Source: an uncultured Erysipelotrichaceae bacterium (GTDB taxonomy: Bacteria > Bacillota_I > Bacilli_A > Erysipelotrichales > Erysipelotrichaceae). From it: a stretch of DNA of 32,000 bases. The position numbers and the translations under genes were made by a program. The stretch spans positions 1,410,001 to 1,442,000 of the forward strand of contig OW818668.1 in assembly GCA_942493105.1 (NCBI GenBank), read 5' to 3'. Numbering within the stretch: position 1 is the stretch's first letter; every line of letters starts with the position of its first letter. The notes beneath the pieces are model-generated. The model was given only the letters and a program-made list of their open reading frames with translations, made no database searches and had not been told where the DNA came from. Positions 15,975 to 25,170 of the stretch are shown here, in pieces.

Positions 15975-15991
15975 GGACTTAGTCCTCTTTT
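15973..15991 (+). terminator. Weak hairpin plus T-run after the 41-codon ORF
   Basis: GAGGA-CTTAG-TCCTC followed by TTTTATT. Only a 5-bp stem, 4 nt before the radC ATG. Confidence 0.25.
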
Positions 15992-15994
15992 ATT

Positions 15995-16672
15995 ATGAAA
16001 ATAAAAGATACGGTGATCAGTGATCGTCCTCGAGAGAAACTTCAAAGATTAGGTGTCAGAGCTTTAAATGATGATGAATTGATCGCAATCTTGCTTAGAA
16101 GCGGAATCCAAGGTAAATCTGCTTTGGATGTGGCGCGAGAGATCTTGAATTTATGTGGTTCTTTGAATAATCTTCCTGCCTTAGATGAACTTGCTTTGAA
16201 AGCCATCAAAGGCATAAAAACAGCCAAAGCATCTGAAATCTTAGCCCTGTGTGAAATCAGTCGAAGGATGGCTCAAGAAGCATCCTTAGAAGTCAATGTG
16301 ATCGATCAGCCTTCACGTTTGGTTCATTGGCTTAAGAAAGAACTAGGATCTGCTCAGCAAGAACATTTCATGGTGGTTTTTCTGAATACGAAAAACCACA
16401 TCATCGGGCATAAGATCTTGTATACAGGGGGTTTGGATCGATCCATTGTTCATCCTCGAGAAGTCTACAAAGAAGCGCTAAAAGTCTCCGCAGCCCGCAT
16501 CATCGTTGTTCATAATCATCCCAGCGGAGATGTCAGTCCCAGTGAAAATGATCATCTGGTCACCAAAGTTTTACAGGAAGCAGGGGAAACCATGGGGATC
16601 CCGCTCTTGGATCATTTGATTGTTTCTCATTACGGATTTACCAGCTTACGTCAAATACTGAAAAAAGATTGA
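15995..16672 (+). CDS. radC: RadC-like JAB/MPN-domain protein (UPF0758)
   Basis: 225 aa. N-terminal HhH-like region (LSDDELIAILLRSG motif: LNDDELIAILLRSGIQG). JAMM-type motif HNHPSGDVSPSENDHLVT. Confidence 0.9.
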   Translation: MKIKDTVISDRPREKLQRLGVRALNDDELIAILLRSGIQGKSALDVAREILNLCGSLNNLPALDELALKAIKGIKTAKASEILALCEISRRMAQEASLEVNVIDQPSRLVHWLKKELGSAQQEHFMVVFLNTKNHIIGHKILYTGGLDRSIVHPREVYKEALKVSAARIIVVHNHPSGDVSPSENDHLVTKVLQEAGETMGIPLLDHLIVSHYGFTSLRQILKKD

Positions 16673-16710
16673 AGAAAGGGTCCCATCTCTTTATAATAGG
16701 GGGTAGACTT

Positions 16711-17565
16711 ATGAACCGACTCAATCCTTTAAACCGATTCTTACTTAAACTCATAGCGGGTTTGCTTGCCATATCCGTGTTTTTAGCTGCAGTCAGATTT
16801 AATTCATCGTTACAAAGTTCAACCGATCAGGCTTTTGGTTTCTTTACGAGCTTAAGAGTGACCTTGTTTGATCAACCGATCCAAGCCTTGGGCAATTTCA
16901 TTACGGATTTTACGTCACTTTATGCCCTAAAGGCTGAAAATGATCGTTTACGTTTACAAATCGACATGCTTGAACAATTTCAAGCACGTTTAGAAGAAGC
17001 CTATCGCGATATTGAAGATCTAAAAGTGCTCAACGATCTTAAACAGTCGATGACAGAATATCATGTGATTGCGGCAATGGTGCTCAATCGTCCCGCTGAC
17101 AGCTTCAATCATAAGATACGTTTGAATGTTGGGACATTGGATGGGGTAGCCCTAAATGATGCGGTCATCAGTTCTGAAGGTTTGATTGGGAAAGTTGTGA
17201 CCGTGACGTCATCGACCTGTGATGTGTTGCTGTTGACCACTGAACAAGAACTCAACAAAGTATCCGTCAAGATCCAAATCTCAAAAACAGACACGATTGA
17301 AGCATTGCTGGAATATTATGATGTCAATGAAGGCGCCTATGTCTTAAGTCTGCTTGAAACCAGTTCATCTGTCGTTGAAGGTATGAGTGTCATCTCCAGT
17401 GGTTTGGGTGAAACTTATCCTAGCGGATTATTGGTCGGCAAAGTTTTAAAAGTTGATACCACGCAAAGTGCAGGCGGTATAAAAGTATTTGTACGTCCAT
17501 CTGCCGATTTTACGCATCTCAATTATGTGGCCATCGTCAAGCGGGGAAATCTCAATGTGGATTGA
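16711..17565 (+). CDS. mreC: Rod shape-determining protein MreC
   Basis: TM anchor, a coiled-coil (ENDRLRLQIDMLEQFQARLEEAYRDIEDLK), then the beta-barrel region (GLIGKV..; SGLGETYPSGLLVGKV). The track ORF starts at TTG 16669. ATG 16711 with AGGGGG 7 nt upstream is preferred. Confidence 0.85.
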   Translation: MNRLNPLNRFLLKLIAGLLAISVFLAAVRFNSSLQSSTDQAFGFFTSLRVTLFDQPIQALGNFITDFTSLYALKAENDRLRLQIDMLEQFQARLEEAYRDIEDLKVLNDLKQSMTEYHVIAAMVLNRPADSFNHKIRLNVGTLDGVALNDAVISSEGLIGKVVTVTSSTCDVLLLTTEQELNKVSVKIQISKTDTIEALLEYYDVNEGAYVLSLLETSSSVVEGMSVISSGLGETYPSGLLVGKVLKVDTTQSAGGIKVFVRPSADFTHLNYVAIVKRGNLNVD

Positions 17566-18106
17566 CCTCGCTTTTGTTTTTGCTGGTTTTACTCTAGACA
17601 GCATCTTAAGGATGATTTTTCCGATCGATCCGGCATTACGTTTTCTTGTCTTTGTGCCTAATCTGGGTTTTTTAGCGTTCTTGCTGGTTTCTCTTAAAAA
17701 AACTTTTCCTCAAGCGTTGATCATGGCTTTTTTATGTGGACTTACGGTTGATTTTTTAAGAAATGAAATGTTGGCCAATGTCATCGCCTATCCCATCAGT
17801 ATCTATGTCATCAAAGTATGGGCCAATCAACTCAATGAATCTATATTTGAGCAGGTTTTTATTGGAACGATAGGCTTGTTTCTAAAAGAGTTTATCTTGT
17901 TTGGGGTATTGACCTTGGGTGGAATCACCCACATCAGCCTCAACAATTGGTTTGTTAAACGTGAATTCTTAACGATCATTGGACATATCCCGCTTTTATT
18001 GGGTTTAAGTATGCTAAATCGAACCAAATCGGGGGCTCAAAATGTCTTAGAACGAAAGAAAAAGCGCCGGGAAAGAGTGCTTTGGAATCCTACTGTAAAG
18101 CCATAG
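17555..18106 (+). CDS. mreD: Rod shape-determining protein MreD
   Basis: A polytopic small membrane protein directly after mreC, overlapping it by 11 nt. The track ORF (from 17489) would lie inside mreC. ATG 17555 (MWIDLAFVFAGFTLDSIL) is preferred. Confidence 0.7.
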   Translation: MWIDLAFVFAGFTLDSILRMIFPIDPALRFLVFVPNLGFLAFLLVSLKKTFPQALIMAFLCGLTVDFLRNEMLANVIAYPISIYVIKVWANQLNESIFEQVFIGTIGLFLKEFILFGVLTLGGITHISLNNWFVKREFLTIIGHIPLLLGLSMLNRTKSGAQNVLERKKKRRERVLWNPTVKP

Positions 18107-18108
18107 TG

Positions 18109-18117
18109 TGCTATAAT
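18109..18117 (+). promoter_or_regulatory. Extended -10 element TGcTATAAT upstream of the lipoprotein gene
   Basis: TGCTATAAT lies just after the mreD stop. GGAG at 18129-18132 lies 5 nt before ATG 18138. Confidence 0.4.
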
Positions 18118-18137
18118 TATTTGGAAATGGAGTCGAC

Positions 18138-19094
18138 ATGCGTAAAAAATTCTTCGTCTTGATGATATCGATGCTCACCATTTTGGGCAGTTTAAGTGGC
18201 TGTAAGTTAAGCGTGCTTGAAATCGGGGTATCAACCTATCCTGTGGAATATTTGGTCAAACGGATCGCAAAAGACAAAGTCAATGTGGTCATGTTAAGCA
18301 TGGGGACAAACATCACCAGAGCTCAAGCCGTTGATGATTTTAAATCAAAACTTGAAAAATTGGATGTCTTTTTTCAGATGGGTCAATTAGAGCCTTATAT
18401 TTCTGTACACTTAGAAGATGTCCGAAAAAGCAATGTTAAAATCATTGATTTGGTAGGGACATCAGCTGTCTATGCCTTCAAACGCTACACTTTAAATATG
18501 ATTGGGTCTCAAATCATAACGGTTACCAGTGACTATTATGATGGCAACTTATTTGATGCAGTCGATATGTATGAAACAGATCCCTACTTATGGATCGATC
18601 CCATCACCATGACTTCCATGGCTTCAACCATCAAAAAATGGTTGATCAGCAATTATCCTGAAGAAAAGGCATTTTTTGAAGCTAATTTTGCGGATCTTGA
18701 AGTAGAATTGGCCAATATGGATGCCAATTATCAGGTTTTACGCAATAAAGAAATCTCGTTTATGAGTGTGACGCCAAGTTTTGGAAATTGGCAAAAAGCG
18801 TATGGAATCAGAGTATATCCAGTCATCTTATCGCGCTATGGGGTTTTGCCTAATGCTCAGCAATTATCCGTCATCAAAGCCAGGGCCAAAGAAGAAGGTG
18901 TCCAATATATCGTCAAAGATCCTTTGATGACTGAAGACATGTTGGCTCTGCATAATCTGTTAAAGACAGAATTGGGTCTAGATGAGATCGTGTTACATAG
19001 TTTGGCTTTCCTAAGTGAAAAAGACATTGAAGACAAGAAAGACTACATGACGATCATGTATGAGAATCTTGCGGTATTGAAATCGATTGATTAA
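18138..19094 (+). CDS. ZnuA/TroA-fold (cluster A-I) substrate-binding lipoprotein, lacking canonical metal ligands, with no adjacent ABC partners
   Basis: 318 aa with lipobox LSGC (Cys22). The family pattern is EIGVSTYPVEYLVKRIA.., DPYLWIDPITMTSMASTIKKWL..EKAFFEANFADLEVELANMD. The usual His positions (DPH.Y.P, DPH.W, .H.AF.Y) read GTNITRA, DPYLW and TPSFGNW. Confidence 0.7.
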   Translation: MRKKFFVLMISMLTILGSLSGCKLSVLEIGVSTYPVEYLVKRIAKDKVNVVMLSMGTNITRAQAVDDFKSKLEKLDVFFQMGQLEPYISVHLEDVRKSNVKIIDLVGTSAVYAFKRYTLNMIGSQIITVTSDYYDGNLFDAVDMYETDPYLWIDPITMTSMASTIKKWLISNYPEEKAFFEANFADLEVELANMDANYQVLRNKEISFMSVTPSFGNWQKAYGIRVYPVILSRYGVLPNAQQLSVIKARAKEEGVQYIVKDPLMTEDMLALHNLLKTELGLDEIVLHSLAFLSEKDIEDKKDYMTIMYENLAVLKSID

Positions 19095-19118
19095 GTGAAT
19101 CCTCAGGGATTCACTTTT
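19094..19118 (+). terminator. Rho-independent terminator after the lipoprotein gene
   Basis: 9-bp stem AGTGAATCC / GGATTCACT with loop TCAG, then TTT. Confidence 0.6.
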
Positions 19119-19139
19119 GACATAAAGTGAGGTCAACCT

Positions 19140-21671
19140 ATGAAGAAAATGCTCTTGGTAGATGGAAATTCCATGTTTTTCAGGGCTTATTATGCCACTG
19201 CTTATACACGTTTGAGTGCTAACAGTCAAGGCGTCTATACCAACGCTGTCTTTGGCTTTGTGAGCATGCTCAATAAAGCCGTTGAATTGGTTCAGCCTCA
19301 AGCTTTGATGGTTGCCTTTGACAGCGGCAAAAAAACATTCAGACACGATCAATTTGCAGAATATAAAGGAACACGTAAAGCTTTACCAGAAGAGCTCATC
19401 ATGCAGTTTCCTATTGTTAGGGAATACTGTGATGCTGCCCATATCTGTCATTATCAACAAGATGGTTTAGAAGCTGATGACATCATCGGTTCTTTGGTGA
19501 AACGTTTTCCGGATTGGGACATCAATGTCTTAAGCAGCGATAAAGATCTGTTACAGCTGATCGATCCAACGACTTCAGTGTGGTTGATGAAAAAAGGTCT
19601 CACTGAAATCAAGAAAATGGATGAGGCTGCTTTGATGGAAGAAATGGCTTTGAAGCCCCATCAGATCTGTGATCTGAAAGGATTAATGGGGGATGCCTCA
19701 GATAATATCCCTGGTTTACCAGGTGTTGGTGAAAAAACAGCACTTAAACTATTGGCAGATTATGGAAGCTTAGAAAATGTCTTAGATCATAAAGATGAAC
19801 TCAAAGGCAAACTTAAAGAAAATGTAGAAACCTATGCCCAACAAGCCATTTTTTCAAAGTGGCTGGCAACCATTAAAACAGATGCCCAGATCGATCTTGC
19901 GTTAGATAAGATGGTGTATCAGCCTGAAACCAGTCAAGCCAATCCTTTCTTTGAACGCTATGAAATGAAATCTTTACTTAAGGTTGAAAAAGTAAAAGTA
20001 GAACATCTTGAAAGCGGAGATCGTTTTGAAGATCTTAAACAAGACCAACTCTTTATTTTCCCTCATTATCGTTTGGATACCCAATGGCCTCATCCTTTCT
20101 TCGGATTGGCCTTTTCTGATGGCTCTAAGAGCTGTTTTATCAGTGCTGAACATCTTCATCAAGAACCCAACATCATCGCTTATTTGAGCTCCAATGAACC
20201 CAAGCGCGTGTATGATGCGAAAGCTTTCCTGCATGCTTGTGATGCACAGAAGGTTCATGTGGGAGGATCATTTATTGATCCGACGATCTTGATTTATCTG
20301 GATGACTCTTCAATCAATTCTTATGAAAAGATCCAAGCTAAACTGACTTGGCCGGAGTATCCAAAAGCGGTCCTTAATGAAGATACAATCAATCTATCGC
20401 GATTGATTGCTCAAAAGATGGCTCAAGATACCCCGGTCTATCTTGAGAAAATTGAAATAAAATCGATGAAAACATTATATGACACGATCGAAGAACCTTT
20501 GATCAGGATCCTTTATCATATGGAAAGAGAAGGGATCTGTGTCGATGAAGAAGTACTCAATACGATCGCGGATGAAACATTGGCTAAACTCAATGATTTA
20601 TCAGCTCAGATCTATCAAGCTGCAGGACATTCCTTCAATGTGAATTCACCCAAGCAATTGGCTGAAGTCTTGTTTGAAGAACTCAATTTACCAAGTGGTA
20701 AGAAACAATCCACAGCCATCGATGTGTTGGAAGGATTGGTGGATGCGCATCCGATCATTTCGCTTTTGATCGATTATCGTAAGTATCAAAAACTGTATTC
20801 AACTTATGCCCAAGGCTTAAAGAAATACATCTTGAGTGATCATAAGATCCATACGGTCTATAGTCAAACCACCGCTCAAACCGGACGTTTGTCTTCCTAT
20901 GATCCTAACCTACAAAACATTTCAGTACGTGATGAAGAATCGCGTTTGATCCGCAAAGCATTTATCCCAAGTCCCGGACATGTTTTATTTGCCTGTGATT
21001 ATTCACAGATCGAACTACGGGTTTTGGCCCACATGGCTGATGAAAGTGCCATGATCGAAGCCTTTAGGACCAAACTGGATATCCATACCAAGACGGCCAT
21101 GGATGTGTTTAAAGTAGAAGCAGATAAAGTGACTTCTTCTATGAGAAGACAAGCCAAAGCGGTCAACTTTGGGATCATCTATGGGATCAGTGATTTTGGA
21201 TTGGCTGTACAGCTGGGAACAGACCGCAAAAGCGCCCAAAAGTTCATCGAAGCCTATTTGATGTCTTATCCCAATATCCAACGCTACATGGATGAAACAG
21301 TCTTTGGCGTTCAAAGACAAGGCTATGTAGAAACTTTATTTAAACGCAGAAGAGAGATCCCTGAGATCTTTGATAAATCATATCAGATTCGAGAATTTGG
21401 TAAACGAGCTGCGATGAATGCACCGATTCAAGGCACAGCCGCCGACATCATCAAACTTGCGATGATCAAAGTCGATCAAGCTCTAAAATTGAATCATTAT
21501 AAGACAAAAATGATCCTGCAGGTTCACGATGAACTGGTATTTGATGTCCCTAAGGATGAACTGCAGGCCATTCGACAATTGATCCAAGAGACAATGATCC
21601 ACGCGGTTGATTTGAAAGTGCCCATAGAAGTCTCTGAAGCCTATGGGAATTCTTGGTATGAGGCCAAATAA
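19140..21671 (+). CDS. polA: DNA polymerase I
   Basis: 843 aa. 5'-3' exonuclease/FEN domain (LLVDGNS..FRAYYA; GLEADDIIG; GDASDNIPGLPGVGEKTA). Pol motif A DYSQIELRVLAH, motif B RRQAKAVNFGIIYG, motif C QVHDELVF. Confidence 0.95.
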   Translation: MKKMLLVDGNSMFFRAYYATAYTRLSANSQGVYTNAVFGFVSMLNKAVELVQPQALMVAFDSGKKTFRHDQFAEYKGTRKALPEELIMQFPIVREYCDAAHICHYQQDGLEADDIIGSLVKRFPDWDINVLSSDKDLLQLIDPTTSVWLMKKGLTEIKKMDEAALMEEMALKPHQICDLKGLMGDASDNIPGLPGVGEKTALKLLADYGSLENVLDHKDELKGKLKENVETYAQQAIFSKWLATIKTDAQIDLALDKMVYQPETSQANPFFERYEMKSLLKVEKVKVEHLESGDRFEDLKQDQLFIFPHYRLDTQWPHPFFGLAFSDGSKSCFISAEHLHQEPNIIAYLSSNEPKRVYDAKAFLHACDAQKVHVGGSFIDPTILIYLDDSSINSYEKIQAKLTWPEYPKAVLNEDTINLSRLIAQKMAQDTPVYLEKIEIKSMKTLYDTIEEPLIRILYHMEREGICVDEEVLNTIADETLAKLNDLSAQIYQAAGHSFNVNSPKQLAEVLFEELNLPSGKKQSTAIDVLEGLVDAHPIISLLIDYRKYQKLYSTYAQGLKKYILSDHKIHTVYSQTTAQTGRLSSYDPNLQNISVRDEESRLIRKAFIPSPGHVLFACDYSQIELRVLAHMADESAMIEAFRTKLDIHTKTAMDVFKVEADKVTSSMRRQAKAVNFGIIYGISDFGLAVQLGTDRKSAQKFIEAYLMSYPNIQRYMDETVFGVQRQGYVETLFKRRREIPEIFDKSYQIREFGKRAAMNAPIQGTAADIIKLAMIKVDQALKLNHYKTKMILQVHDELVFDVPKDELQAIRQLIQETMIHAVDLKVPIEVSEAYGNSWYEAK

Positions 21672-22477
21672 TGCCAGAATTACCCGAAGTTGAAACGGTT
21701 GTTCAAACCTTAAGACATCAGATCCTCCATCAAAAGATCCTGAGTGCTCAGGTCTTTTGGAAAAGGACCATTTATGAATCTGAGACCTTCATTCGTGATG
21801 TATCTAACCAACATATACAAGACATCACCCGTAGAGGCAAATACATTATCTTTACTTTAAATCAAGGATTTATGAGTGTTCATTTGAGAATGGAAGGACG
21901 GTTTTATTTGACGCCTTTGGATGAAGCTCCTAAAAAGCATACGCATGTGGTCTTCTATCTTGAACATCAGAAATTAGAATTCAACGACACACGTAAATTT
22001 GGACGCATCAAATACAGCGTAGAAGATCCTGTAGGCTTGTTGACACAATTGGGGCTTGAACCCTTCGATGAACGTCTAAATCCTGCTTATTTAAGACTGA
22101 AATCTAAAAACAGAAGTGTTCCCATCAAGACTTTCTTACTGGATCAGTCTGTGATTGCGGGTGTTGGGAACATCTATGCCGATGAGATCTGTTTCTTATG
22201 TCATTTATCACCATTAAAAAGAGTCAACAGGTTGACGCTTAAACAATGGCAGGAACTGATCGATCAAGTGCGTATGGTATTAAGTGATGCGATTCTTGCG
22301 GGAGGGACGACGGTTCGTTCCTATACCTCATCATTAGGTGTCACAGGTCGATTCCAAAACACCTTAAACGTCTATGGCCGGGCATCACAAGCGTGTGTCA
22401 CTTGCGGAACCTCCCTAAAAAGCATTAAAATAGGACAAAGGACATCGGTGTATTGTCCGATTTGTCAGAAAGGCTGA
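21671..22477 (+). CDS. mutM: Formamidopyrimidine-DNA glycosylase
   Basis: N-terminal MPELPEVETV, H2TH region, C-terminal zinc finger CVTCGTSL..YCPICQ. The start overlaps the polA stop (TAATG). Confidence 0.95.
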   Translation: MPELPEVETVVQTLRHQILHQKILSAQVFWKRTIYESETFIRDVSNQHIQDITRRGKYIIFTLNQGFMSVHLRMEGRFYLTPLDEAPKKHTHVVFYLEHQKLEFNDTRKFGRIKYSVEDPVGLLTQLGLEPFDERLNPAYLRLKSKNRSVPIKTFLLDQSVIAGVGNIYADEICFLCHLSPLKRVNRLTLKQWQELIDQVRMVLSDAILAGGTTVRSYTSSLGVTGRFQNTLNVYGRASQACVTCGTSLKSIKIGQRTSVYCPICQKG

Positions 22478-22478
22478 T

Positions 22479-23075
22479 ATGCACATTGCAATCACAGGAA
22501 ATATTGGCAGTGGTAAATCCAGTGTCAGTAGAATATTGAGATCATTAGGTTATCCTGTTTTTGATGCGGACAGTATCGCTAAAGCCCAATATGAAAAAGC
22601 AGAAGTCAAAGCAGCCATCAATGATTATTTTCATGAGGATCTTTATAAAAACGGAGCCATTGATCCAGCCCGTTTGTCTCAGTTGATCTTTCAAGATACG
22701 CGAGTCGAAGCCAGGCAGTTCGTTGAAGCGTTGATTCATCCTTTGGCTCTTGAAGATCTTAATCGCTTGGCCATTGAAAGCAAGGAACCAATCGTTTTCA
22801 GTGAGGTTCCGCTTCTATATGAATCGCATGGGGAAACCAATTTTGATCGTGTGCTTTTGGTGATTAGCGATGATGATATTGCGGATAAACGTTTGATGGA
22901 GCAACGTGGCTTAGATCTTAAAGAAATCAGACGCAGACGTAAACTGCAGCTTAGTCCTAAAATAAAAGCAGTCTTGGCGGATGACATCATTGAAAACAAC
23001 GATGATGAATCCAGTTTGGTTGATAAAGTAAGCCGCTACAGTGATAAAATAAGAAGTATCTATGGAAAGAAATAG
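22479..23075 (+). CDS. coaE: Dephospho-CoA kinase
   Basis: 198 aa with P-loop ITGNIGSGKSSV. Conserved polA-mutM-coaE order. Confidence 0.9.
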   Translation: MHIAITGNIGSGKSSVSRILRSLGYPVFDADSIAKAQYEKAEVKAAINDYFHEDLYKNGAIDPARLSQLIFQDTRVEARQFVEALIHPLALEDLNRLAIESKEPIVFSEVPLLYESHGETNFDRVLLVISDDDIADKRLMEQRGLDLKEIRRRRKLQLSPKIKAVLADDIIENNDDESSLVDKVSRYSDKIRSIYGKK

Positions 23076-24210
23076 AAACGCCATCATCCACATCGAATCT
23101 TTTTCAAATCCTCTGGATACTGCCAGTCTTTTTATGGTGTATCAGAAATTATGTTCAAGCAGTGCCATTGCCTGTTATGGCATGATGGTGCATTTGTCTG
23201 TTCCTGAACATTTTACGCATGCTCAATTGGCTGAGCTTTTAGGGACGACGCATCAAAACCTGTGTGTTGATTTTGAAGCCCTTGAACAAGTTTCCTTACT
23301 CGAAAGTTATCATCATCCACTTGAGGATTCCTATTTATATGTTATGAAGATGCCCCTTAAGATCACTGAAGTTTTAAATCATCCTGTGTTGGGAAGGGCA
23401 TTCTTAAAAGCCGTCGGTGAAGTTCATTATCATGCCATCAAGCAACGTTATGCGTCACATAAGATCGTTAAAAGCGGTTATGAATCGATCAGTAAACCTT
23501 TTGAAGCACAGCGTTTAAAAGACTTTGATCCACACTCAGAAACTCATTTTGTGCCTGAAAACAGTGAACTCAGCGGTTTGCGTTTCAATATCCTGGAGTT
23601 TAAACAAAGATGTTCAGATCTGGTTTTTCCACCACAATTGAGAACCGCTGAAAATCTTAAATTGATAGAAGAACTGGGTTCAGTGTATGGCGTCAGTGTT
23701 GCGAAAATGATCCAATGTTTGGGTGATTGCATCAACATTCAATCCCTGACTTTTGATACCGAAAAATTAGAACGAATGATCCGTAAAGTCAAAGATCCAG
23801 TTTCTATGCCTGATGATCCATATTTAAGTGAACCTGTTGTCTTTTTACGCTGGTTACAAGAAGGCAAAGAACCCACGGATACTGAAAAACGTTTATTAAG
23901 TGCATTGGTCAGAGAACAACGGCTTAATCCTGAAGTCGTCAATGTGTTGATCAAACATGCCCTTGATACCAGCAATCAATCCCTAAAGAAATCGTATGTA
24001 GAGACCATTGCGGCGTCATGGAGCCGTTTAAAGATCACCACCAAGGATCAAGCCTTAGCGCATATTCAAGGCATAACTAAGAAGCCTGATAAGGGTCGGA
24101 AAGAACCGATTCCTGATTATAAAACAGAGTCACAACCCATGAGTCATCATGAATTGGATGACTTAAAAGCAAGACTAAAGAAACTGGGAGAAAAGCATGG
24201 AAAAGATTAA
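23062..24210 (+). CDS. dnaB: Replication initiation / membrane attachment protein (Bacillus DnaB-type, DnaD-like domains), helicase-loading partner of DnaI
   Basis: 382 aa. C-terminal DnaB_2/DDBH2-like motif (LNPEVVNVLIKHAL..SYVETIAASWSRLKITTKDQA). Sits immediately upstream of dnaI and overlaps it. Confidence 0.75.
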   Translation: MERNRNAIIHIESFSNPLDTASLFMVYQKLCSSSAIACYGMMVHLSVPEHFTHAQLAELLGTTHQNLCVDFEALEQVSLLESYHHPLEDSYLYVMKMPLKITEVLNHPVLGRAFLKAVGEVHYHAIKQRYASHKIVKSGYESISKPFEAQRLKDFDPHSETHFVPENSELSGLRFNILEFKQRCSDLVFPPQLRTAENLKLIEELGSVYGVSVAKMIQCLGDCINIQSLTFDTEKLERMIRKVKDPVSMPDDPYLSEPVVFLRWLQEGKEPTDTEKRLLSALVREQRLNPEVVNVLIKHALDTSNQSLKKSYVETIAASWSRLKITTKDQALAHIQGITKKPDKGRKEPIPDYKTESQPMSHHELDDLKARLKKLGEKHGKD

Positions 24211-25111
24211 CATCAATTTCGAACTCAATGAACAACAACAAGCAGCCCGTGCTTTATTGATCCAAAACGTCCTTAAAGATCCCAAAGTCATCGGCTTTAT
24301 GAAAGTTCATCATTTGGATGAATCCTTTATATCGAGACATGTTCAGCGTTTTGCGGATTGGTCGCAAGAACTGGGACGCTGTGACAATTGTCCAGGTTTA
24401 CATGCCTGCAAACAAAAAGAAACAGGACATTTCTTAGACCTTGAATTTGAAGGCATTTTACAAACGGTTTTTAAACCTTGCGTTTATCAAAGTGCTCAAA
24501 ATATAAAAACAGCGCATGAGAAACAATATTTGATCAGAGATGGCGGAAAAGAAGTCTTATTGGCTGAATTTTCAGATTTGTTGAATGCTGATTTTGATGC
24601 GACTTATGCGGAAAGCATTGCGAAAATCGCCTCATGGATCGAACAACCCACAGAAAAAGGCTTTTATCTGTATGGCAACAGTGGGGTAGGTAAGACCTAT
24701 TTGGCTTCTGCCGTATTAAACATTTATGCCAAACAAGGTTTAAATGTGGCTTTGGTTCATGTGCCTTCACTGGCCATCAAGGTCAAACAAAGCTTTGATA
24801 CACCCGATGTGATCGATTTTACAATGGCCATGATCAAAAAAGCCAGAGTTGTTGTTTTTGACGATATTGGGGCAGAGTCTTTATCGGGATGGTTTAGAGA
24901 TGAAATCTTATTGCCTTTACTGAACTATCGGATGGAACATCAAAAAATCACCTGGTTTACCAGTAATTTGAAAATCGATGGCTTACGCTCTCACTTCAGA
25001 TTCAATCTAAAAGGAGATGATGAGGCCTTAAAAGCCAACCGTTTGATGGAACGCATCGAAAGTTTGGCCAGTCCACTTTTAGTGGGTGGAAATAACCGCA
25101 GAAACAAGTAA
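24197..25111 (+). CDS. dnaI: Primosomal helicase loader DnaI
   Basis: 304 aa. N-terminal Zn-binding region (CDNCPGLHAC), AAA+ Walker A GNSGVGKTYL, Walker B VVFDDIGAE. Confidence 0.9.
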   Translation: MEKININFELNEQQQAARALLIQNVLKDPKVIGFMKVHHLDESFISRHVQRFADWSQELGRCDNCPGLHACKQKETGHFLDLEFEGILQTVFKPCVYQSAQNIKTAHEKQYLIRDGGKEVLLAEFSDLLNADFDATYAESIAKIASWIEQPTEKGFYLYGNSGVGKTYLASAVLNIYAKQGLNVALVHVPSLAIKVKQSFDTPDVIDFTMAMIKKARVVVFDDIGAESLSGWFRDEILLPLLNYRMEHQKITWFTSNLKIDGLRSHFRFNLKGDDEALKANRLMERIESLASPLLVGGNNRRNK

Positions 25112-25136
25112 AAAGATACACAAAAAGGCCTCATAA

Positions 25137-25145
25137 TGATAAAAT
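25137..25145 (+). promoter_or_regulatory. Extended -10 element TGaTAAAAT for pfkA-pyk
   Basis: TGATAAAAT lies 25 nt before ATG 25171. AAAAGGTG SD at 25158-25165. Confidence 0.4.
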
Positions 25146-25170
25146 TGATGAGGATAAAAAAGGTGCAGAT

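Noticed and set aside
16669-16710. TTG start of mreC overlapping the radC stop
   Set aside because: It is a TTG with no SD. ATG 16711 has AGGGGG upstream, and the product then starts just before the TM anchor.
17489-17554. Long form of mreD (MYVHLPILRISIMWPSSSGEIS..)
   Set aside because: The extension lies entirely inside mreC in another frame and is not hydrophobic. ATG 17555 gives a typical MreD N-terminus.
25129-25153. Hairpin CCTCAT..ATGAGG between dnaI and pfkA as a dnaI terminator
   Set aside because: It is followed by an A-run rather than a T-run on the + strand, and its 13-nt loop contains the candidate pfkA -10 element. It would only look like a terminator for the minus strand, where there is no gene to terminate.
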